A stretch of DNA of 20,000 bases from the IMG/VR virus record IMGVR_UViG_3300046007_001549; one strand, written 5' to 3'. The position numbers and the translations under genes are program-made. Position 1 is the stretch's first letter. Each line of letters begins with the position of its first letter. A model generated the notes under the pieces. The model made no database searches. It was not told the DNA's origin and saw nothing but the letters and a program-made list of their open reading frames with translations. Shown in pieces: positions 8,566-19,300 of the stretch. Source of the DNA: an uncultured virus (IMG/VR IMGVR_UViG_3300046007_001549) (lineage: Duplodnaviria; Heunggongvirae; Uroviricota; Caudoviricetes).

Positions 8566-8603
8566 CCCTCCGTCCCTTAAGTGGGACGGAGGGTTTTCTT
8601 TCT
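8566..8603 (+). terminator. Intrinsic terminator after the capsid gene (T-phi position)
   Basis: Perfect 11-bp stem CCCTCCGTCCC/GGGACGGAGGG, loop TTAAGT, followed by TTTTCTTTCT. Confidence 0.9.
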
Positions 8604-8617
8604 AAAAGGAGGCTACT

Positions 8618-9301
8618 ATGGGATTCATTACAAAACTACAAGCAGTTAATCAGATGCTGTTGGCCGCTGGTGAAAACCTAGTAGCTGACCTTGTTAATGA
8701 CAGCGGTGTCGATACAGGCATTGCTGAAACACTGCTAGATCAAATCTCTCTTGACTTTCAAATGAGAGGGATGGCAAACAACAAGTACATTAGAGAAGTA
8801 ATTCCTGATCCAATCTCACGCAAGATTTACCTACCTTATGGTAATGATGATGATGAGCAAGGAGTTATTTCTGCTGAGTTGGTTTCACTACATTATAATG
8901 AGAAGGGGCAAATCATTGTTGCCCGTATCAATTATGAGGGTAATAAACCTATTCTTTGGAATATCACGGATGATACTGGTATTTGGTCAACCACACCAAA
9001 GTATTATCTTGAAATGATTATGAAACTTCCTTGGGAACTTCTGGATACACCAGCACAAAGAGCTATTCTTGCCACAGCAATGCGGCATTATCAGGCTATT
9101 ACCCAAGGCGATCCTGCAACCGACCAGTTCCTAGCCCATCAAGAGGCTTTGTTTGGAGCTAAGGGTCGCGCTGCAGACATCAACGATAAGAAACGAAACA
9201 TCTTTGAATCAGGAGACTCTGCCGTTAAAGCAGCAGTCAGAAGAAATCCATATATCAACGACCCTAATAGGTTTAGATTCTGGAGAACAAGAGGTATCTA
9301 A
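8618..9301 (+). CDS. Tail tubular protein A (T7 gp11-like adaptor)
   Basis: T.L.AVN.ML.A.GE N-terminus, LPWE.L..PAQ motif, SD AAGGAGG, position after the capsid. Confidence 0.9.
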   Translation: MGFITKLQAVNQMLLAAGENLVADLVNDSGVDTGIAETLLDQISLDFQMRGMANNKYIREVIPDPISRKIYLPYGNDDDEQGVISAELVSLHYNEKGQIIVARINYEGNKPILWNITDDTGIWSTTPKYYLEMIMKLPWELLDTPAQRAILATAMRHYQAITQGDPATDQFLAHQEALFGAKGRAADINDKKRNIFESGDSAVKAAVRRNPYINDPNRFRFWRTRGI

Positions 9302-12300
9302 TGGCAATAAGAAGAACAAGCCCACGCGCTGGTCTGATAAACACCCGTTTACCAGTACCAACCATTAATAGTGTTGGTCGTAACGCACCAAACAAGAGAG
9401 CTGCTTATGAAGCACAGAACCTTGACAATTGTTTTGTATCATTAGAGCGAAACTTTGAAAAGCGTCCCGGTTTTGAAGTTGTACCACAGTACACAATTCC
9501 CGACATTACCGATTGGGATTTTAACCAGCCTCAAACAAGAGTGGATTTGTTCCCATTAGATGGATTAGTTGCTCTTAACCACGATCTATGGTACTACTGG
9601 CACAACATTAACGAAGAGACTAGGTTCTTGATCGTCGTAGATTACTCTGCACGAACCAATGAACACAATCTTTATTATGTATTTCAGTTACTTCCTAATG
9701 GAACATGGAAAGACCGAAGCCCCCAAGGTCAATCAGCTGATGCAATCAATGGAAGCTTTCCAGAAACCACAGTTCCTGCTAAGACCAGAGCTTATCTAAC
9801 CTTTGGATCTGATACTAGTGATCTAGGTACAGCAAAGACTGCTAAAGAATCCTTGCAAGCGGTATCATTAGGAACAAACATTATCATTCTAAACAAGAAT
9901 GTATATGCTGGTTTTTCTTCAGATGATGATGGCTTGTTATTTAATCTAGATGGCACTAAGGGAACCGAAGAAGATGTAGCTGGTAAGAAGGTTACTTATT
10001 ATTCATCAGCTCAGGTTATTCCAATCTATGCTAGTGGTTCGGATTACAAGACTAAAGAAGACGATGTGTTCCTTGGTTATAAGCCAGCGACTACTGCTGT
10101 TGGTGGTAGTATTAAATCTACTACAGTTTTCTCTGAGTCACCTCTTGTTGTTGACTTTGAACTGCAGCCAAGCCCTTCTGAAGTTTCTGGAACCAATCCA
10201 ATCTCTGCTATCTCTTCTACCTATAACGGATATAAGCTAGAGATTCCAGAGATTAATGCATCAGGAACTGTTCAGCAATACTTTGGAGATACAAAGATTG
10301 CAAGAGTTTTATGGACAGGCCAACTTCCACAGGATAACGCAACTATTGTTACTGCTCCAACTAGAGTTGATGCTGTTACTTATGAACTAGTTCCAACAGT
10401 TCATACTTCTTATGAGTTTGAATTAGGAACTAATGCTTCTACTACAGCTAACTTTTACCGTAACCAAACCATTGAAATAATGAATGGTTCTACTGTCGTT
10501 GGAACAGCTACAATCTATTCCTACAATAGTGTTACCAAAAAGATCAGAATTAAAAACTGGAGTGGTCCTAGTAATATTGTATCTGGAACTGCTTATCGTA
10601 TTAAAATTGTTACTACAATAACTTTTATGGGCCGGACTTCTGTACAAACTACTTATTATCATGGTAATATTCCTGCTACTCTTACTTACATTAACCCAAC
10701 AAACGATAAACCTTATAACCTAACTCCAGTTACTTACTCTGTAACTCTAGATTCAAGTGCTTCAAGCACCAATGATTTCTATAAGAACTATCAGCTTGAT
10801 GTGTTATTTGTAGCAACTCCCGGTTCTGGTTCTGTAATTAAATACACTGGTTCAACTAAGCAAGCTATCGTTACTGATTGGACAGGAAGCGCCCCATTAA
10901 ACGGTAATGCTGTTAACATATCAATTAAAAGCTATGCCTTCTCATTAAGTTCGACTGTCACAGCAAAGCATATTCCTGTTGAAGATTATAAATACTTCCA
11001 GAATTCTCTCGCTTATCTTGGACAAAGACTTAATGATGCAAGTGAAATCCGTCTTCCACCTGAAGTAGATGATTGGTACAACACCAATAGTAACGGCAGT
11101 AACAGCGTGGCTGATGTTTCAGCACAGCGCATGCTTGAATTGCTATATGATCCTTTCCATCCCTATGGAAACTACAATGGAAAGAATCTCGTTGGTGGTC
11201 GTGGTAAAGTTTATTACTGTCAGAACCCCTTCCTAAACCTAACAAGTGGATACTATCGTGTGATTTCATGGAGAGAAGACACACCAGCACAGTACTACAA
11301 CTTTACTCTACCTCCCAAGATCACTGCTACTGGTGTAGAAGCTAATAAGATTATTCCATTTGGCAGACCATATCTTCAAAAGATTCGTACTCCAGATAAG
11401 TGGTCATACATAGACCCCAATAGAATGCCTCAGAAGATTTCTCTACTGCTTGGCGCTAACTCTTTAGAGTGGTCTATCGGTCCTGTTCGCTGGACTCCAC
11501 GGCAGTCTGGTACTAATGATACCAATCCCGGTCCTTCTGTATTCAGAACGACAGATCGAAAGCAAATCAAGCAGACTCCTCTTACTAGCATCTGTGTATT
11601 TAAAGACAGACTATGGTTTGCGGCTGATGATGTTGCATTCTCTTCTCAAATTGGTAAGTACGAGAGCTTCTTTATTGAAGACCCTGCCAACATTATTGCT
11701 ACAGATCCTATTGATATCCGTGCTTCTTCAAATGCATTTGCTCAGATTACTCACATGACACCATTTGAAGACTATATCTTTATCAATACAAAAGCAAACA
11801 TTCAGTTCCAGCTCACAGCTGGCTCTAAGGATGCCAACGATCTTGTGCTTACACCCTTCAATGTCATGTTGTCTCCAACAACTTACTATGCTGCGGTGTC
11901 CTTTGTTGATCCTCAGACCATTGGATCACAGCTTTACTTCTTTGACCGCCGAAAACTATATCTATTTACAGGTAAGAACAACCTTGGATATAGTTCAGCA
12001 GTTGAGGTTTCAAGCCAAGCCCAAGACTATCTGCCTGAAAACTTTGGATTTGCCTGCACAGGGCCAGCTCAGAACACAATCTTTGTGACTGATGCTGATA
12101 ATGAAAACATGATTTATATGTACACGGTTCGCTTTAGTGGTGAGCGTGTAATCCAAAGTTCATTCTATCGCTATGTTCTGGATTCAGAGTCTCTAGTAAA
12201 CAGCATGCAAGTTTACAGTAACTACTTGTATGTCATTATTGCTAGAAACAATAAGGTTGTTATTGAGCGCACTCTACTTCAGAATGAAAAGAATGATGTA

Positions 12301-13377
12301 CCACGAATGGATCATATGTTTAAGATCAAACTTAACTCTGACATTGGTGGTGAAGAACTAAATGTAACTTATTCAGATAGTTCTAACATTAGTTATGTTG
12401 CTTTGAATCCAACCACAAGCAAGGTTCACAGCGCACAGGTCGAAGTGGAGCGTATCTTTACCGCAGATAGAGATGGCGATTCAACTATCATTACAGATTT
12501 CTTAAACGATCCTAATGTAAGCATTGCCGATAAAGCAGCTTTGTTTATCATTCCTAATGATCGTCTATTCTTTAATGAACTAGCAAAAGAAATAACCAGC
12601 ATTAATCTACCAGCTACTGGTGATGTGTATGACTTTGTTTACACTCCAATTGGTGGGCCAAATACTGGAATACAACAAACAATTAAAGTTCCCGGTCTAA
12701 GTAATGGTCAGTCCCTTACTTTACGCCGCTTGAATGAACCTAATGTAACTTACAATCCCGGTCTACATGAAACAACCTTTAGACTACCAGCAGCAAACTA
12801 TGGTGTTAACGACACCTTTAGGGTTGTTGTTGCTAAGCCTTGGGTAAACGACCCCAACTATCTTGCTCAAGAAGGACTACAGCCTGAAGATCTGGTCGGA
12901 ACAGCGTTCCCTCCTCTTGTATCTATCAGTTCAGATGGTAACTATCTGAATGTAGTCGTGCTAGGCAAGTATGATTTTGATGACAACTATGTTTATATCG
13001 GCAATCCATTCACAATGACTGTCGAATTAAGCCCCTTGTTTGTCCGAGATCAAAATGGCGGTATTGTAGATGGTGTACTTAAGTTACGAACAGGTGTCTT
13101 CCGGCATTTCAACACAGGTAATTATGATATTGTAGTTACTCATAGAGGTCGAAACCCATTAGTTTCTTCCTTTACTGCCATTAGACCAGATTTCACCCTT
13201 GCTGAAGATAGCCTTCCACTAGAACCCTATGAAGGCCAAGGAGAATTTGTTGCCAAGGTTTTTGGTAACTCAGATTCAACCAATATAAAGATTGTATCTG
13301 ACTACATTACTCCTGTAAACATCTCAACAATGGAATTCAAAGGTACATTCAAACAGAAATACTCTACAATTAATTAA
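9301..13377 (+). CDS. Tail tubular protein B (T7 gp12-like nozzle), enlarged by insertions
   Basis: NC...LE....KRPG N-terminus, W..R..G....NP.PS, FKDRLWF, DPIDI and YIG.PF.M.VELSP motifs. 1358 aa against about 800 aa for T7 gp12. Confidence 0.9.
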   Translation: MAIRRTSPRAGLINTRLPVPTINSVGRNAPNKRAAYEAQNLDNCFVSLERNFEKRPGFEVVPQYTIPDITDWDFNQPQTRVDLFPLDGLVALNHDLWYYWHNINEETRFLIVVDYSARTNEHNLYYVFQLLPNGTWKDRSPQGQSADAINGSFPETTVPAKTRAYLTFGSDTSDLGTAKTAKESLQAVSLGTNIIILNKNVYAGFSSDDDGLLFNLDGTKGTEEDVAGKKVTYYSSAQVIPIYASGSDYKTKEDDVFLGYKPATTAVGGSIKSTTVFSESPLVVDFELQPSPSEVSGTNPISAISSTYNGYKLEIPEINASGTVQQYFGDTKIARVLWTGQLPQDNATIVTAPTRVDAVTYELVPTVHTSYEFELGTNASTTANFYRNQTIEIMNGSTVVGTATIYSYNSVTKKIRIKNWSGPSNIVSGTAYRIKIVTTITFMGRTSVQTTYYHGNIPATLTYINPTNDKPYNLTPVTYSVTLDSSASSTNDFYKNYQLDVLFVATPGSGSVIKYTGSTKQAIVTDWTGSAPLNGNAVNISIKSYAFSLSSTVTAKHIPVEDYKYFQNSLAYLGQRLNDASEIRLPPEVDDWYNTNSNGSNSVADVSAQRMLELLYDPFHPYGNYNGKNLVGGRGKVYYCQNPFLNLTSGYYRVISWREDTPAQYYNFTLPPKITATGVEANKIIPFGRPYLQKIRTPDKWSYIDPNRMPQKISLLLGANSLEWSIGPVRWTPRQSGTNDTNPGPSVFRTTDRKQIKQTPLTSICVFKDRLWFAADDVAFSSQIGKYESFFIEDPANIIATDPIDIRASSNAFAQITHMTPFEDYIFINTKANIQFQLTAGSKDANDLVLTPFNVMLSPTTYYAAVSFVDPQTIGSQLYFFDRRKLYLFTGKNNLGYSSAVEVSSQAQDYLPENFGFACTGPAQNTIFVTDADNENMIYMYTVRFSGERVIQSSFYRYVLDSESLVNSMQVYSNYLYVIIARNNKVVIERTLLQNEKNDVPRMDHMFKIKLNSDIGGEELNVTYSDSSNISYVALNPTTSKVHSAQVEVERIFTADRDGDSTIITDFLNDPNVSIADKAALFIIPNDRLFFNELAKEITSINLPATGDVYDFVYTPIGGPNTGIQQTIKVPGLSNGQSLTLRRLNEPNVTYNPGLHETTFRLPAANYGVNDTFRVVVAKPWVNDPNYLAQEGLQPEDLVGTAFPPLVSISSDGNYLNVVVLGKYDFDDNYVYIGNPFTMTVELSPLFVRDQNGGIVDGVLKLRTGVFRHFNTGNYDIVVTHRGRNPLVSSFTAIRPDFTLAEDSLPLEPYEGQGEFVAKVFGNSDSTNIKIVSDYITPVNISTMEFKGTFKQKYSTIN
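10150..10930 (+). repeat. Three degenerate ~60-aa beta-domain repeats inserted in tail tubular B
   Basis: L....S.....Y.(G/N)..(L/I)(E/D).......G.(V/I)..Y.G.TK.A.V..W.G pattern at about 10150-10350, 10411-10605 and 10735-10930. Confidence 0.7.
12361..12752 (+). repeat. 381-nt in-frame insertion bounded by direct repeat AATGTAACTTA, paralogous to the fiber N-terminus
   Basis: Repeat copies at 12361-71 and 12742-52. The encoded segment aligns with 13509-13814 at about 55/102 identities (hand alignment). Confidence 0.85.
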
Positions 13378-13391
13378 TAAATGGAGACACC

Positions 13392-16300
13392 ATGAGTTAT
13401 TCCAACATAACTGTTGTCACTTCGCAAGGTACTTATGGCTATTCTGTAGGAGCTACCACCTTCAATCCAATTCTTTATAACACATTGGATTTGATTCCCG
13501 GTATTCCTCACAATGCCCAATTAGAAGTTGAGCGAATCTTTTCTATTGATAGAAACGGCGTAACCGCCACGATTCCTGACTTCCTAAACGACACCAATGT
13601 ATCCGTAGTTGATAAACAGAATGTGTTTATTATTCCAAGTGATCGTATTACTTATGATACTACTGGAAACCGAATCGTAAATGTAAACCTACCCGCCTCT
13701 GGACCTGATGTATATAACTTTAGTTATGTACCAATCAGTGGACCAAATGCTGGTACTACTCAGACAATTGCTGTACCACAACTACGAGAAGGCGATAATA
13801 TTATTGTTCGCCGTAAGACTGTCAGTAATACTTCTTTAGTTCTTTGGACTCCCGGTAGCAAGCTAACAACTGCTCAGCTAAACCTGAACACAACACAGCT
13901 TCTATTCCTAGTTCAAGAAATTCTAAACAAGGTAACTATTGTCAGCGTCAGCACCGAACAGATTCTAGACAATGCAATTACTAGTCCTAAGATTCTAAAC
14001 AAGGCAGTAACTTTTGCCAAACTTCAGGATCTTAGTGGTCCACTAAAGCTTCTTGGTTCAGGTTCTGATCCTATTAACTTCCGCGATGTACGCGAGATGT
14101 CCGTAGGTCCGGGCTTTGATGTAACTGGTAACACTATTGATGTAAAGCCACTACCAGCTGGACAGAGAAACGATATTGAAGTCGTATCTCCACTTACAGA
14201 CTGGCGTATTAATCCCAATGCTGTTACTTATAGTAAGATGCAGGATGTCACCGCAGCCTCACGCCTTATTGGTCGTGGCTCTGCAGCTGGCTCAGGCGAC
14301 CCACAGGAACTTACTGTAGGCTCCAGCCTATCTATGGTTGGTACTCAGCTCAATGTAACTACGCCACTTACAGATGGTAACAAAGGCGACCTAACCGTTG
14401 GAAGCAATGGTACGACATTTACAATTAATACTGGTGCTGTAATTACTGCAGATCTAGCAGACCATGCTGTAACTTATGCTAAGATGCAGCTATCACTTAC
14501 TGGTAATCGTGTACTAGGCACAACAACCGCAGATAGTCATATCTCAGAAGTACAAATTAATGCTGATATGATTGCAACTGCGGCAGTAACCAATGCTAAG
14601 TTAGCAAATGGTTCTGTAAGTTCTTCAAATCTTCAGGCAGGGTCTGTCCTAACTAATGCTATTAACAACAACGCTGTAACTTACGATAAGCTACAGACAG
14701 TCGTAACAGCAAACCGTGTTCTTGGTTCTACCGCAGCAAACGGAACAGTATCTGAAGTACAGGTAAACACTAATATGGTTGTGGATAATGCCGTATCTTT
14801 CCCCAAGATGCAGCAGATTCCAAGCAATACATTATTAGGAAGAGCAGCATCTGGTACAGGCAATGTAGAAACCATTGCTATTACTGCTGCTGGTAGAGAG
14901 CTAATTGACGAAAACAGCGTAGCTGATATGCGTCAGTATCTCCAGTTAGGGACCGCAGCTTTAGAAGCTGTAGCTTTCTTTGCACCAGCTGTTCACAGCC
15001 ACGGCTCCATCAATAGTGCAGGACAGATTGGTACAACACCAAACCTTCCTCTCATTACTAGTTCTAATGGATTGATTTCTACTGGTACATTCGGCACAAC
15101 TGTAAGTACTTTCTGTCAGGGTAATGATGCTCGTCTAAGCGATGCTCGTACACCACTTGCCCATATCCATCCAATCTCAGATGTAACTAACTTACAGACT
15201 GAGCTAAATGCTAAGGCTCTTGTTGGACATACCCATGTTATTGCAGATGTAGCAAACCTACAGACAAACCTTGATAATAAGGCTGCTATTGCACATACCC
15301 ATACAATCGCTGAAGTAACAAATCTTCAGTCATCATTAGATGGTAAAGCAGCAACAAGCCATACGCATACTATCTCTCAGGTTACTAACCTACAGACAGA
15401 GCTAGATAATAAAGCCGCTGTAAGCCACACCCATACTATTGCCAATGTAACTGGTTTACAGACTGCACTAGATGGCAAGGCAGCTAGCAGCCATACCCAC
15501 GCAATGAGTGATATCACTAATCTTGATACCACCCTTGCTGGCAAGGCAAATACCACACATACCCACGCTATTGGTGATGTCACTGGTCTTCAAACCGCTC
15601 TAGACGCTAAGATTGATGACTCTCAAATCAGTGCGTTTGGTCTAACTCTTATTGATGATACAACCGCTGCTGCAGCCAGAACAACTTTAGAGCTAGGCTC
15701 TGCCGCTACACAGGCTTCTTCAGCCTTTGCAGCAGCTAGCCATACCCACACATTAGCAGCTATTACAGATGCCGGAACAGCAGCATCTAAATTTGCTCCT
15801 GCTATTGGAGTAAACGCAACCACTACTCAAGTTGTTATGGGTGATGATACTCGTTTAACAAATGCTAGAACTCCAACTGCTCACACACATGTTCTTGCTG
15901 ATATTACAGATGCTGGAACAGCAGCAGCTAAGTTTGCTCCAGCTGTTGGTGTAAATGCCACAACAACTCAGGTTGTAATGGGTGATGATACCCGTCTAAC
16001 AAATGCACGAACACCCACAGCTCATATCCATGTAATTGGTGATATCACTAATTTACAAACAACACTAGATGGCAAGGCAGCAACAAGCCATACACACTCA
16101 ACTACTGATATTACTTCAGGTACACTATCAGTTGCAAGAGGTGGTACTGGTGTTTCAACAACACCAACGGCTGGTCAGATTCTTATTGGTAATAACACAG
16201 GATTTACTTTAGCTAATATTCTTGGTGGTTCTAATATTGCAATTAGCAATACTCCCGGTGGTATTACAATTAGTCAGGTTGGTGAGCCAGTAGCACCTTC

Positions 16301-19300
16301 TGCAATTCTTGCGGATGGTACTTATGGTGATATTACAATTGCTGGCAATACTTGGACAGTTGTAAACAATGCTATTAGCGGTGCTAAGATTGCAAACGAT
16401 GCTGTCACATTTGGTAAAATTCAGAATATTAATACCAATACCGTACTAGGTAGAGCGACTGCAGGAACTGGCGATGTCGAAGAAATCACAGTAACCGCTG
16501 CTGGTCGTGCCTTGCTGGATGATGCTGATGCCGCCGCACAGAGGACTACCCTTGGTGCTGCTGCGGCCTCACATACTCATGCAATCAGTGATGTCACAAA
16601 TCTACAAGCATCACTAGATGCTAAGGTAGATGATTCGCAGATTTCTGCGTTTGCACTGACTTTACTTGATGATGCATCTGCTGGAACAGCTAGAGCAACT
16701 CTTGGTTTAGGTTCTTCTGCTACTCTAAATATTTCTGCACTAGGAGATGCTGCTAGTGGTGAGGTTGTTACTGGTTCCGATAGCCGTCTAACTAACGCTA
16801 GAACTCCAGTTGCACATACCCACGCAATTAGTGATGTTACAAACCTACAGGCTTCGCTTGATGCTAAGGTTGATGATTCCCAAATCAGTAGCTTTGCTCT
16901 AACTATTTTAGATGATACAGACGCTGCTAGCATGAGAGTAACTCTTGGTCTTGGTACAGCTGCTACTCAGGCTTCTACAGCCTTTGCTGCAGCTAGCCAT
17001 ACTCATACCATTTCACAGGTTACAAACCTACAGACAAGTCTTGATGGCAAGGCCAACACAGTACATAGCCATGCTATCTCTGATGTTACCAACCTTCAGA
17101 CAACCCTTGATGGTAAGACCAATGTTGGTCACACTCATGGTATTTCAAATGTAACTAACCTACAGACAGAACTAAACAACAAGGCCGCGCTATCCCATAC
17201 TCATGCTATCTCAGATGTAACTAATCTACAGACAGCTCTGGATGGTAAAGCAGCCAGTAGTCACACACATGTTATTAATGATGTAACTGGTCTACAGACT
17301 GCCCTCAACGGCAAAGTCAATACAAGTTCTGTAAGCACCTTTGGTGCAAGTCTTATTGATGATGCTACTGCAGCTGATGCCAGAACAACTCTTGGCTTAG
17401 GTACTGCAGCTACTCAGCCATCCACAGCTTTTGCTTCTGCTTCTCACACCCATAGCACTTCTGGTTATGATAATAACTCAGTAACCTATGCAAAGATTCA
17501 GAAGGTAGCCACAGCCAATCGGTTGCTTGGTTCTACTACAGCCAATGCTGATGTTGCTGAAGTACAGGTTGCCACAGACATGGTTGCAAACTTGGCAATC
17601 ACTGCTGGTAAGATTGCTGCTAGTGCTGTCGAAACCGCTAAGATTAATAACCTTGCCGTAACAAGTGATAAACTTGCAGACGGTGCTGTAACAAGTAATA
17701 AACTTGCAAACGGTGTAGTAACCTATAACAAGTTACAAACCGTTGCTACAGCCAACCGTGTACTGGGTTCTACAGTTGCTGGTGGTATTGTTGCTGAAGT
17801 TCAGATCAATGCCAACATGCTTGCTGATGGTCTAGTCACTACAGCTAAAATTGCTGATGGCAATGTCACAGCAGCTAAGCTAGCTTCTGGAGCAGCCGTA
17901 GCAAACATTGGTAACGGAAACATCACAACCGCATTGCTTGCGGATGCCAATGTAACCACAGCCAAGATTGCGAACCTTGCTATTACCACAGGGCTACTAG
18001 CCAATAATGCAGTAACCTATGGTAAGATGCAGGCTGTCGCTACCGCAAACAGACTCCTTGGTTCTACCACAGCTGGCGGTGCAGTTAGCGAAGTACAGGT
18101 TGCTACAGATATGGTTGTTGACTCTGCAATTACCGCAGATAAGTTAGCTACTAATGCCGTAACAAATGCTAAGATTGCCAGTAATGCTGTAACTACAGCT
18201 AAGATTGCTGATGGCAATGTAACACTTGCTAAGCTTCCACTAAGTACTACTGCTAACCGTGTACTTGGTACAACAACCGCTGGTTCTGCTTATACCGAAG
18301 TTCAGATTCAGACCAATATGATTGCCGATGGTGCAGTAACTGCAGCTAAGCTAGGTACACTCAGCATTGGAAACAGTCAGCTTCTTGACGATGCTGTCTC
18401 AACCAGTAAGATTGTAAACCTTGCGGTCACTGGTGCTAAGCTTGCAGACAATGCAGTAACCGATGCCAAGCTAAGAACAGGTGCAGCAACCTCCGTAATC
18501 GGTCGGTCTGCTAACACCGTAGGTAATGTTGCTGATATTGTTGCTTCTGTTGATGGACAAGTTCTCCATCGTACAGGCGGTACACTACAATTTGGTACAC
18601 TAGGTACTGGAAGTATTTCTGATGGTGCTATTACTCCTGCTAAGATTGCTAACATTGCTGCTAATCGTGTACTTGGTACAACATCAGGGACCGTAGAAGC
18701 TGTTCAGGTTTCTACAAACATGATTGCTGATGGAGCAGTAACTGCTGCTAAAACAAATTTTAAAGTTAAAAAAGTTACACAAGTTTTAACTGCTAGTTCT
18801 GGTACATGGACTGTTCCTAATAATATAACAAATATTACAGTTACGGTTTTTGGTGGAGGCGGTGGCGGTAGTCGCGGCGATCAAACTAACGGATTTCCAG
18901 TCTATCAACTTCCCGGTAAAAATGGTGGTTCTGGTGGCTTTGGTATTGTACAACTATCAGTAATACCCGGAAACAGTTATTCTTATACCATTGGTAGTGG
19001 CGGCACAGGTTCAAATTCAGGTACTGGTACTAATGGAGGAAGTACAACTTTCTTAGGTTTAACAGCAACAGGAGGGCTTGGTGCGTACGGCAGCGGTTCT
19101 TTTTCAATCGGATCTTTACCTTCTGGTGTAACTTTAGATCTAAATTTAACTTTATTTAGTAGTGCACCTAATACAGATATAGTCATACCAAATGCTCCTT
19201 CTGGTACTGCTCCTTCTACTTTTTCTCTAAGCAGCCTTTATCCACCCGGAGTTGGTGGTGCTGCTGAAAGTGGGCGGGATGCAAATAATGCCAGAGGTGG

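Noticed and set aside
15160..17320. CRISPR-like array with 66-nt period
   Set aside because: The units are degenerate in-frame coding repeats with third-position variation and no repeat/spacer structure.
69..19186. Minus-strand and nested alternative-frame ORFs in the track
   Set aside because: They are shadows of long, motif-supported + strand genes, without SD or recognisable motifs (e.g. the poly-Cys ORF 5368-5589 is the antisense of the portal's poly-Gln tail).
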